NCBI RefSeq assembly: GCF_963921235.1
Contig: NC_086097.1
Location: 40,612,001 to 40,676,000 of the forward strand
Direction of reading: 5' to 3'
Origin: Mobula hypostoma
Lineage: Eukaryota
DNA: 64,000 nucleotides
A program made the position numbers and the translations under genes. Positions 38,774 through 49,930 of this stretch are shown piece after piece. The notes beneath the pieces are model-generated. The model was not told the DNA's origin, made no database searches, and saw only the letters and a list, made by a program, of their open reading frames with translations. Position 1 is the first letter of the stretch; each line of letters starts with the position of its first letter.

Positions 38774-40284
38774 TGTTATGTATTTAATATTTTGGTAATA
38801 TTTGAGTAATATTGTAAGTATTTTTGTTTACTTAAATAATTATGGGTTATATGTAAAAGTACATAAATGGCATATACTGTGTATAAGTATGGTGTCTAAG
38901 ACCTTTGCAGAGTACTGTACTAATTTTATGTATTGCACTGTACTACTGCTGCAGAAAAAAAAACAAAATGTTGGCTTGAAGCTTTTTCTGGTAGCCTGGG
39001 ATAGATTGCAGGTAGAGCAGCTTGCCATCCACTGTGTGGGATGCCAGCACGTCCAGAAGATGCCAACAGCAGCGCCTCTCCATCCCTGGGAGATGGCCTG
39101 CAATGCCCTGGCAGAGGATTCAAATAGATTTTGCTGGACAATGCAAGGGCACAAATTTCTCAGTAGTAGTGGATGCAGCTGGAAAGTGGCCAGAAGAGTT
39201 CCCAATAGCCTCCACTGCAGTCTCTCACATTGCTGGTGTTCCAGAATACTTGGTCAGTGGCAGTGCACTATAGTTTGTTATCCATTTTCAGTCATTCCTG
39301 AAAATGAATGGAATAATACATATTACATCTTGCATTGTACCATCCTGCTACAAATAGCTTGGCAGAAAGGTTTGCCCAGAGTATAAAGAATGCACTGTGA
39401 GCAATGTTAACACACTACACTGACACAGAATCAGAAGCTCGCCAGTTACCTCCTTGCCTATTGTAGTGTAGCAGACTCCACAACCAACATTATATTCACT
39501 CTTGGATTGCCTCAAACTCAATTTCAGAATGAGAAGGAGTATGCATGACAAACTGAAGGCTCCTCAAACAAGGAGTTTCAATGTTTCACTTCCTTGACAA
39601 GAAGTCCTGATGAAGAACTACAGAGGTGATCAAAAGTGGGTATTTGGAAAGATGAAGGACAGAACTAGACCATTCTCCTGCACAGTGGAGGCTGCATCTG
39701 ATATCGTCTAGGGATTACACTTCGATCAGTTGAGGAAGCAGAGACAATCGTTAGAGAAGAAAGGTGGACAGGATTGTCAGAACCACTTCCTGTAGTCCCA
39801 GTATCAACTCCTACAACCACCGTGGAGGAGGCCCCAGAACCTGAGGTTGTTTCACAGTCACAAGAATCTTCTGCCAAGTAGAGTGATGCCCCTTGTCAAG
39901 AACGATATCATCCCACAAGAGTAAGAAGTCCTCCACAGTGATTAAATCTTTAGACCTGAATGAGACAATTTAAAATTTACTATGCTGTGGATGTGTGTAT
40001 TAGATGGTATACAATGTATATATTTGAAATACATTCTATATTGAGTTGCAATTTATAGCTAAGCAGGGAGGAGTGTTGTGCATTTAATATTTCAGTAATA
40101 TTTAAACATTTTTAATTTAAATAATTCATTCCATTTATATGTAAAAGTACGTAAATGGCATATGTCATCAAGCCACCACGTCATATATACACGCCTCGTT
40201 TAAAGTAAAAACAAAAGCAAAACATGTTCGCTTGAGATCCCATCTTTTTCTTGTAATTATTTTGTGGAGTTACACAACTTAACA
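38774..40284 (+). mobile_element. Internally deleted Gypsy LTR retrotransposon with an integrase remnant
   Basis: Partial 5' LTR (38774-38875) similar to the 3' LTR (40074-40284, TGTT..AACA). PPT aagcagggaggag at 40061-40073. Integrase motifs CVGCQ..PLHPWE, PWQRIQIDFAG and VVVDA..KWPE. TSD gtaac / gtagc. Confidence 0.88.
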
Positions 40285-41353
40285 GTAGCTACCTTGCATG
40301 CTTGTACTTCAGGGATTCTTGGGCACATACACAGAGGTCCTTCTATTTTTCAGTACTTCCTAGAATCCTAACATTCATTGTTTATGTCCTAGCCATATTA
40401 GTCCTCCTAAACTGCAAAACTCCTCACTTTTTTTTTTCAGATTAAAATACAGCAGCCATTTCCTTGCTATATTACCAAATCTTAAATATTATTCTCTGGC
40501 TAAAGACTGCACTCCTCACTATTAAAACATTCAACAATTTCGATGCCATCTGTAAACATAGTAAACATGCTACTACATCACCAATGCATATAACCAGTAG
40601 TAATACTACCAGCACCATTCTGTGAAACATCACTGGAAACAGAACTCTATCTACAAAATCAACTATTACCACCACTATTCCAACTGTAAGGAATCGATAC
40701 TTCCTTCCCTTCAACACTTCCTGCTTCCTATCACCTAATCAATCTGATTCCCATGCCATACCTTGTCAAAAGCCTTACAATGGTTTGGTGTGTTCCTGCC
40801 CGTATTCCATTTATTCTCAGAATGAACCCTGCCATTGTTATCATGTCTTAACTCTGAAGTGTTCAATCAATTTATCTTCCGAAAATTTTAATGAAATGCT
40901 TGTATGAAAAATGGAAATATTTGGGCCAGATCACAAGGGATGGTATTTTCACAGCTTTGGTTTACAGTATCATACAAACATCTGAAATAATTTCCTGTAG
41001 AAGTTAATTGCTCAGATTTATTGAAGAAATAATTGATAGCAAGTAGACTGAAGATTTTTTTGGATGGTCCAGTTTGTATAACAACTAATGTATTGTCCTT
41101 TCTTCCCAACTTTGGTATTAATCAGCAACTACTCATCTTTCTGCCTGTCCTCAGATCACTCTGATTTTGTACCGAAATGTGATTGAATATTAGCTACCGG
41201 AACTTTGCAGAATGTCTACGTTAACCAGTGACTTTCCTCCTCTTGAAATTAAGTTTGTGAAGGGAAGTTTGAATGGAGAATCATCTCAGCTCAACTGATA
41301 GATTGAGTATGGTGATAGGAAACAACTGAAAATTTAAAAAGGTGATGTCTGCA

Positions 41354-41490
41354 CCTCAAGATGGAGGGTATTGGTCCAAAACATAACTGCTTATTTCTCT
41401 CCATAGATGTTTCCTGACCTGCTGAGTTCCTTAAGCATTTTTGTGTGTGTTTCTCTGGATTTCCAGCATCTGCAGAATCTCTTGCATTTA
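41354..41490 (+). mobile_element. Short PLE terminal-repeat insert (degenerate)
   Basis: ccatagatgtttcctgacctgctgagttcc..ttccagcatctgcag body. 11-bp TSD tgatgtctgca (41343-41353) / tgatatctaca (41491-41501). Confidence 0.78.
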
Positions 41491-42560
41491 TGATATCTAC
41501 ATATGTTATCTTGATTTCAGCTGATTAATGGTTAAGCCATTTCAATAGGAAAGGTTAATCTGTTTATTGATTTTCAATGAGCCAAAGGGAGAACATCTGT
41601 TGCAGGTTCCTGCTGTCACTTGGAAGTATATCGTACCCAAAGATAAAGCTCAGTTTAGATTTCATTTACCAAGGAATGATTTAATATTGCTCAGTAACTC
41701 AATTCACCATAACATAATGCATTTAAAACTTTTATTAAGCTTCATCTCATAAAAGTTTGTTCAGTGCACGTTCAATGAGATTGAACAAGATATCAGGAAA
41801 CGAATGACTAGTTCAATATGTGAGTATTATAGTTGTAACTTCATCTTGTGTAGATCTGCAATGCATTACTCAACATTCTCTTCCTGTCTCCCTGCACAGA
41901 AACCCAGATAGTTATTGTCACAAATATTAGAAGTAAAACAACACATTATGCTGGAAAAATAAATGACATTTACAACATGTGTGTTTGGAAAAAAGATATT
42001 AAACTCACTTGTGGGATATTAATGGCAATCAGCTTGGAGTAACAATTAGGTGAGATCATTTAACTTCCTGAAGTCATCAACATGAGGAAATTCTAAAGCC
42101 CATCATAATTAAGAGATGGAGGGTGAAAGGGGAGGGGTTGCCAAAAAGGACCAAAAACAGAAGCTGATTTGTGGAAAAGACCAGAGATGAGGTGCTGGGT
42201 CTTGAACAATTCCATTTTGAAACGGCAGGAAAGATTGAAGTATCGAGGTGAAAGCAATGGCTCCCAATAGAGATGGCCTGCAGCCGGATCAGCATGTTTG
42301 GCCCCAGATCGGTGACGTTAGGACCTGGGTTGGCGGTCACTCATTATGGAAGGACTGAGTTCATGTGGTCGCTCTCCTTGTATGCAGATGAAAAGATGTT
42401 TCTGATATTCTGAGATTTATATAATTATTAGACTATATTTATTTATGTTTCCTTCAGTTGTTTGGTGTTATCTTTCTTCTGGCCTATTAGTGGGTGGGTG
42501 ATCTGTTAATTTTTTGTGTGTTGGGGGATGATTGGGGATTTGCTGCTACTGTCGCTGGTC

Positions 42561-43130
42561 TTTCTGCGAGTGAGGGGGTCAGGGACTGTTATTGTCACTT
42601 TTTTTCTGCGACTGAGGGGGTCGGGGACTGTTATTGTGGCTGTATTTTTTTCTGCGAGTGAGGGGGTCGGGGACTGTTATTGTGGCTGTATTTTTTTCTG
42701 CAAGTGAGGGGGTGAGGAACTGTTATTGTCGCTGTATTTTTTTCTGCGAGTGAGGGAGTCGGGGACTGTTATTGTCGCTGTATTTTTTTCTGCGAGTGAG
42801 GGGGGTGATGGACTGTTATTGTCACTTTTTTTCTGCGAGTGAGGGGGTCGGGGGCTGTTGTGGCTGTATTTTTTTCTGCGAGTGAGGGGGTCGGGGGCTG
42901 TGGCTGTATTTTTTTCTGCGAGTGAGGGGGTCGGGGGGCTGTTGTGGCTGTATTTTTTTCTGCGAGTGAGGGGGTCGGGGGCTGTTGTTGTGGCTGTATT
43001 TTTTTCTGCGAGTGAGGGGGTCGGGGGCTGTTGTTGTGGCTGTATTTTTTTCTGCGAGTGAGGGGGTCGGGGGCTGTTGTGGCTGTATTTTTTTCTGCGA
43101 GTGAGGGGGTCGGGGGCTGTTGTTGTTGCT
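42561..43130. repeat. G-rich minisatellite, 13 units of about 40-46 bp, inside a retroposon 3' region (about 42250-43320)
   Basis: Unit ttttttctgcgagtgagggggtcgggg(a/g)ctgtt(a)ttgtggctgta, counted by eye. Confidence 0.95.
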
Positions 43131-44341
43131 TTTTGCTGCAGAGGAAGTTGGTATTTCAGGGTCTGTGTGTATTGTTTCTTCTCTTTTTCATGCCGGGGGT
43201 GGGGAATTGATGTATTTTCTTTTATCAACACCCATGGTCTTTCTGTATTTAATGGCTGTATGGGGTAGACAAATATCAGAGTTGTCTTGTACATGCATAC
43301 TTTGACAATAAAATAAACCTTTTTCTTGGAACCTTTTTGAATGTAATAACTGTGTGAATGTCTGGAAATATCATTTTTTCAGTTCATCAGTGAACTCATC
43401 TGGTATGTCCATTGCTCAGGATGAAACAAAATCATGCCAGCCAGGAAATTTAATTCCTTGTCTGACTGATTAAGACTGTGGACACATAGAAAGGTTATAA
43501 TGCTATAAACCTCCCGTGCTTTTGGACTGGGGATGAAATTCAAGATTTACTGCTTGTGATTACACTCTAAGCAGCTTATGGAAAGTATGTGTGTACATGC
43601 ACAGATATTATGTGATTCATTTCAAGAGTGCAGTATCTCAATGTCTGAGGTCACATGTCAAGAATGCATAGAATGCCAGACTGCAGTTAAGGTGCTAGAG
43701 AGCAGCTACTACATGTAAGCTAGTACCTATGGGAGAGGAGTGGAAGATGATTCATAGGTATAGAAGGAAATGATGCCAAGGCAAAACTTGAGAATAGGAA
43801 TTAAGTTCTTATTTATTCTTGCTTTCTACTAAGTTAAAGCACATTTAAATATTATCTACTGCAATTCCCTGGGCTCTTTTGACAGGAATATGTCTAACAT
43901 TTGCAGATGAAGAGAAGTATTTATAATGAAATTGCCAAATCAAAATTAAATTTTTAGGTAATCTTTGCCACGATGACATTTTGTGAATCTTGTCCTTGAG
44001 CAGTGTTATCTTCAGAGTATTTCATATATTTTTTCGGTCCACTCGAACCTCCTGGCTTCAAGTGTGAATCTAGCATTTTCTGGTAATGAACTTGACTGAA
44101 ACATGGATGAGTTATGTCAATTTTTTTTTGTTGCAGCTGACTATCTTGCCCTGTGGGGTTGGAACTGATAGTATGTATCATCTTCCTGTAAAATTGGCAC
44201 TGCATATATTAAAAAATAGCAAATACATCTTTTGCTCCATCCCTTCGCTCCAACCTTTTTATACTAGCTGTCTGTCTTCTCTATCTTTCCATCTGGATGA
44301 ATGGCCTTGACCCAAAGTGTTGACTGTTCATTTCCCTCCAT

Positions 44342-45684
44342 GAATCAGAATCAGGTTTTTTATCACATGTGATAGCATGTGATGTGAAATTTGTTAACTT
44401 GGCAGCAGCAGTTCAATGCAATATATAATAAAGAAGAAAAAACCAAAATAAAATAATAGTAATAAATAAGTTAATCAATTACAGTATATGTACATTGAAT
44501 AGATTAAAAATTGTGCAAAAAAACCAGAAATAATATATATTTAAAAAGTGGGGTAGTGTCCAAGGGTTCAATGTCCATCTAGCAATCGGATGGCAGAGGG
44601 GAAGAAGCTGTTCCTGAATCGCTGAGTGTGTGCCTTCAGGCTTCTGTACCTGCAACCTGATGGTAACAGTGAAAAAAGGGCATGCCCTGGGTGGACGCTG
44701 CCTTTCTGAGACATGGATATTTTGGATATCCTGGGTACTTTTAGACTGGTACCCAATATGGAGCTGACAAAATTTACAACCATCTGCAGCTTCTTTCGGT
44801 CCCATGCAGTAGGCCCCCCCCCCCCCCACTGTACCAGACAGTGATGCAGCCTGAAAGAATGCTCTCCAGGTTACATCTATAGAAGTTTTTGAGTGTATTT
44901 GTTGACATACCAGATCTCTTCAAACTCCTAATGAAGTGTAGCCATTCTCTTGCCTTCTTTATAACTGCATCGATATGTTGGGAGCAGGTTAGATCCTCAG
45001 AGATCTTGACACCCAGGAAGTTGAAACTGCTCACTCTCTCCACTTCTGATTCCTTTATAAGGAATGGTATGTGTTCCTTCATCTCATCCTTCCTGTAACA
45101 TCATCAAATTTATAGATGGTATTTGAGCTATGCCTAGCCACACATTCATGTGTATATAGAGAGTAGAGCAGTGGGTTAAGTACACACCCCCAAGGTGCGC
45201 CATTGTTGATCGTCAGCGAGGAGGATATGTTATCACCAATCCGCACAGATTGTGGTCTCCCGGTTAGGAAGACAAGGATCCAATTGCAGAGGGAGGTACA
45301 GAGGCCCAGGTTCTGCAACTTCTCAATCAGGATTGTAGGAATGATGGTATTAAATGCTGAGCTATAGTCAATGAACAGCATCCTGACGTAGGTGTACGTG
45401 TTGTCCAGGTGGTGTAAAGCCGTGTGAAGAGTCATTGAGATTACATCTGCCATTGACCTATTGTGGCAATAAGCAAATTGCAATGGGTCCAGGTCCAGGT
45501 CCTTGGTGAGGCAGGAGTTCAGTCTAGCCATGACCAACCTCTCAAACCACTTCATCACTGTCGATGTGAGTCATACCGGGCGATGGTCATTCAGGCAGCT
45601 CACATTATTCTTCTTAGGCACTAGTATAATTGTTGTCTTTTTGAAGCAAGCAGGAACTTCCATTTGTAGCAGTGACAGGTTGAA
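44342..45684 (-). mobile_element. Rex1/Babar LINE inserted in a PLE terminal repeat (about 44290-44341 and 45685-45765)
   Basis: ORFs 45079-45558, 44774-45082 and 44568-44783 carry Rex RT motifs. (GATTCT)n tail at the left end. The PLE ccat|gatgctccctgacc rejoins across the insert. Confidence 0.92.
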
Positions 45685-45904
45685 GATGCTCCCTGACCTA
45701 ATGAGTTCCTCCAGATTTTTGTGTGTTTCTCCAGATTTCCAGATTTCCAGCATTTACAGTCTCTGATGCCTCTAATACATTACCTTCATTGGTTTCTTTT
45801 TGCTTTTTGTTTGAAAGAATGTGGGAAGGATGCAGATATTTTAAAGATGAATTATGGTTCACCATGTTTTAAAAAAAAGATTTGGAAATGATTGAGAATA
45901 TTAA

Positions 45905-46085
45905 AAACGCAAACATGAGGAATTCTGCAGATGCTGGAAATTCAAGTAACACACATCAAAGTTGCTGGTGAACGCAGCAGGCCAGGCAGCATCTCTAGGA
46001 AGGGGTACAGTCGACGTTTTGGGCCGAGACCCTTCGTCAGGACTAACTGGAAGAAGAGCTAGTAAGAGATTTGAAAGGGGGAGGG
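45905..46085 (-). mobile_element. Short PLE terminal-repeat insert with hammerhead motif (46008-46045, G12 changed to A)
   Basis: Reverse complement reads tagtc ctgacga agggtctcggccc aaaac gtc gactg. Perfect 11-bp TSD gagaatattaa (45894-45904 / 46086-46096). Confidence 0.92.
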
Positions 46086-46822
46086 GAGAATATTAATTTG
46101 CTTTCACTCTTTAAACAATTACAATTAATATTTGATTTGCAGATTTTAATAGTTAAAATATTAGTGTTGTGGAATGATTGTATTTTCTTTCTGTCAGGTA
46201 AATACCTCAGTAATTTTACATGGTGCATGGTGTGAGACCAAATAAATTATTATTCTTCCTTGCTTAGACACACTGTTGACTATTGTAAGACTTGGAAACA
46301 TTTTATATTATGCAACTAAAATAGAACTGCTCTCTTAAAACAGATGGATGTTTTCAGAGTCAATACGATGGTTGAACTCTTCAGCATTGTCACCCAAAGC
46401 AGAATTATTTCATGTTGCTATACATTAAATGTCCTTTATAATATTACACTTACAAAGATAGCTTTGTTTTGTTAATATAGTCATTACATGTTAAGAACCT
46501 GGTAGTGGACCACCTGATCTTTTAAACTTGCATTCATGAAGATTTGCTACCTCAAAGCTATTTTTCTGCACTATCTCCATACTGATAGGTTCCTTTAAAT
46601 ATCCATGATTCTGTGCTTTGTGCTGTGTGTGACTATTAGTACTGTGTTTTGCTCCTTGACCCCTGAGTAGTGCTGTCTCATTTGGCTGTCTTCATGAATA
46701 TTCATATATGGGTGAATGACAATTAAAGTTGAATTTAATTGAATTGAAGTGTCACATCTTTTATTCCTAAAGTCTGACTCTTGGTTCTAGACCACGTTTG
46801 CTTGCCCTTCCTAAGTGGCCTC

Positions 46823-47330
46823 TACACTCAGTGGCATCTGTATACATCGGTGTACATCTGTATGCCTGAGTGTCAATGCAAATATCTAATCAGCCAATCA
46901 TGTGGCAGCAACTCGGTGCATAAATCATGCAGACAAAGTCAGTTGTTGTTAAGACCGAACATCACAGTGGGGACGAAATGTGATCTAAGTAACTTTGACC
47001 ATGGAATGATTGTTAGTGCCAGACCAGTTTTGAGTATCTAAGAAATTGGTGATCTCCTGGGATTTTCATTCAGAACAGTTTCTGGAGCTTACAGAGAGTG
47101 GAGTGAAAAAACAAAAAGAAAATCTAGTGAGTGGAAGTTCTGTGGGTGAAAATGCCTTGTTAATGAGAGAGGTCAAAGGAGAATGGCCAGGAAAGCAATC
47201 ATATCTCAAGTAAACACACATTATAACAGTGGTGTGCGGAAGAGCATCTCTGAACACACAAAGTGTTGAGCTTTGAAGTGGATGGGTTACAACAATGCAT
47301 ACATACACCCTGTGGCCACTTTATTAGGTA
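46823..47330 (+). mobile_element. Second copy of the Tc1-derived non-autonomous element
   Basis: Collinear with 98-596: DLSNFDHGMIVSAR, LVNERGQRRMAR, YNSGVRKSISEHT..LKWMG, then the TIR gtggccactttattaggta. Confidence 0.85.
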
Positions 47331-48749
47331 ACATTTTAATATTTTTTTCTACTTTCGACCCTGTTGTTGCTTGCTTTTTCTCTTGCCAATTTATTTTGCT
47401 TGTAGCTTTTTTTTTTAAACTACCACACACTGCTTTGTTACTCTCCTTCCAGAATTCTCTTTGTAATTTCCTTCACCTGAAACTTAATATAATGTAAAAG
47501 AAAAGCTTGTGACACATATTAGGTTAGATGTTGCACTGCTGTGGTATGGTTGTAGGTTTTGGTAACCGCTTTGTGGCAATGCCCATTATCTCAATACTAG
47601 AATTCGGGTAGGAATCCAATTAAAACTTGGCCCAAGGCTATTATAAAGAAGTATTTTTGTTTTCAGGGGCCAACAATATTTAGTTTTAACTTCTCATTAT
47701 AGCGATCTGCTTTCAGCTTTATATGAACAACACTGAATGCTATATGTACAGCAGATATGAGCCCTAATTTAACACAACTACTGCTCCATATAGCTGTTAG
47801 AACACTACATTGATTAATAAGGGGATGCTTTCCACTTCCCCCAACACACCAACACTGTTTGTCATTTCAGTGATTAGTTTTGGATCAGCAGTTTTCAATG
47901 GTTGGATGTTCATGCGTGGCAATAGAATGGACTCCATCTCAGCCCTGTGCTATTTTAGAGTTCATTTACTTCCTTTTCGTTATCTACTTTCTCTTATCAG
48001 ACCATTTTCATTTTCTTTCAATTCTTAAGGCTTTCAGAAGAAATGATTGAAGCTATTTGAATTCTCTGACTTGCTGTTGAGAGCTTTAGATTTAACTCTT
48101 TCTCTTTTAATCTGGGTAGGATTTTGGACCGGTGACTGGGAGATATAATTTGCAGCACAAATATGGCTCATTCCAACTAAATAGCATGACTTGGTGTTTA
48201 TCTTCTTCATGTGCTTCTCTCACTATTTCTTTAGACTCTGTCAACAAGCATCATGCATGTTACTCATTTCAACAACTTGCGAAAGCAAGTTTTTAAAGTT
48301 CTGACCATTGTCTTACAAAGTAAATTTTTTCCTGAATTCTCTGCTGCATTTATTAGTGACCATTGCAAACGTGGGGTTGATAATTTTGAGTTGCAATCTT
48401 TTCAAGTTCAAGTCTAATTTTCACTCAACCATATGCATGTATAGAGCTAAACGGAAGAGCATCTCTTTGAAGCCAAAGTGCAAAACAGTCACACATGACA
48501 CGTATTGTTACAATAGCACACACAGTCACAAAATAACATTAGCTGAAGTTGCTGTGTGGCATTGCCTGAAGATGGGATGTTTGTGTACCAGAAGCTTTGA
48601 ATTAGACTTCAAAGCAAGTGCCAATGTTTGGGTCTGCCTTGGCTGTGGAACATAGAGTTGATTGAGAAGCTTTGATCTCCAATGATTTCTGTAGCCATGA
48701 TTAGTTGGCATAGTTATCAATCTTTAAATGTATAAACATGAGAGGCCAT

Positions 48750-49275
48750 TTAGTTTATTGGTCTGTGGTCGCCACCAATGTCACAATGAGGCCATCTCAT
48801 GTTAGAGGAATAACACTTCATATTCTGCCTGGGTAGTCTCCAACTAGTTGGCGTGAACATCACTTTCTCTAATTTTGTTAATTTCTTCCCTCTCCCCTTT
48901 TCTCTTTGTCCCTTCCCCATTATAGTTCCTGTCTTACCCCTTCTTCTCATCTGCCCATCACCTCCCTCTGGTGTTCATCCTCCTTCCCTTTCTCCCATGT
49001 TCAACTCTCCTGTCCTATAGCTCTTTGCTTCTTTCACCTATCTTCTCCCTTCATCCCCCCTCACCCCACCTACCCATCTTCCCCCTCACCTGTCTTCACC
49101 TATCGCTTGCCAGCTTGTACTTCTTCCCCTCACCCCACCTTCTTCCCCCTTCCCAGTCCTGATGAAGGGCTGAAACATCAACTGTTTCTTCCTCTCCATA
49201 GATGTTACCTGGCCTGCTGAGTTTTCCAGCTCTGGGTTGTTCTGGGTTTACAGCATCTGCAGGATCTCTTATGTC
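48750..49275 (+). mobile_element. Older PLE 3' fragment (GIY-YIG C-terminus, 3'UTR, terminal repeat)
   Basis: LEE*HFIFCLGSLQLVGVNITFSN matches the end of ORF 54287-54856. Hammerhead relic cagtcctgatgaagggctgaaacatcaactg at 49154-49184. Confidence 0.82.
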
Positions 49276-49654
49276 ATTTAATTTGTTAGTTTCAACCCAT
49301 TCAGTTAACGATTGGTGTGATAGCTACATATTCTCAATGGGAAGTTCTGCACACCAGTGAGATTATAAATCATGGTTAGCAAAAATAAGATTAGTTGATC
49401 TTTGTTCAGTGATGCTTGTTCTTCAGGAAGTCATTTTGATATGGAGTATCTACATAGCAACTTATTTAGCTAGATTAATCTTCTCAAAACATTGGGTCCC
49501 AGCATTGACCTGGAATAGCACTATTCACGGATCTTCCTGTTGACCCGTTCAGAAATAGATCACATGATCTGGAAGGCTGTTTCATGGGCTTCCCATGGAA
49601 ATCCCACAAGCGATACATTGTTGGATGTCACAGTGAATATTGGGCTTCCTTATA

Positions 49655-49930
49655 TAAGACCATAGCATATAGGAGCAGAATTGGGCCATTTGGCCCATCA
49701 AGTCAGCTCTGCCATTTCATCATGGCTGATGCATTTCCCTGTCAGCCCCAACCTCCTGTTTTCTCCCATATCCATTCATGCCCCGACCAATCAAGAATCT
49801 ATCAAACTCTGCCTTAAAAATACCCAATGACTTGGTCTCCACAGCCACCTATGGCAATTGATTCCACAAATTCACCACTCTCTAGCTAAAAAAATTCCTT
49901 CTCATTTCCATTCTAAATGGACATCCCAAT
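49655..49930 (-). mobile_element. CR1 3' fragment
   Basis: Similar to 30655-30910. Confidence 0.75.

Noticed and set aside
38802..39386. 194-aa ORF as a host gene
   Set aside because: It runs from the LTR through filler into frameshifted Gypsy integrase.
42677..43294. 205-aa repetitive minus-strand ORF; array superficially CRISPR-like
   Set aside because: It is a translation of the minisatellite. Units are contiguous with no unique spacers, there are no cas genes, and the context is eukaryotic.
43954..44205. Protein-like minus-strand ORF (…KPGGSSGPKKYMKYSED…)
   Set aside because: No convincing splice sites and no recognisable homology.
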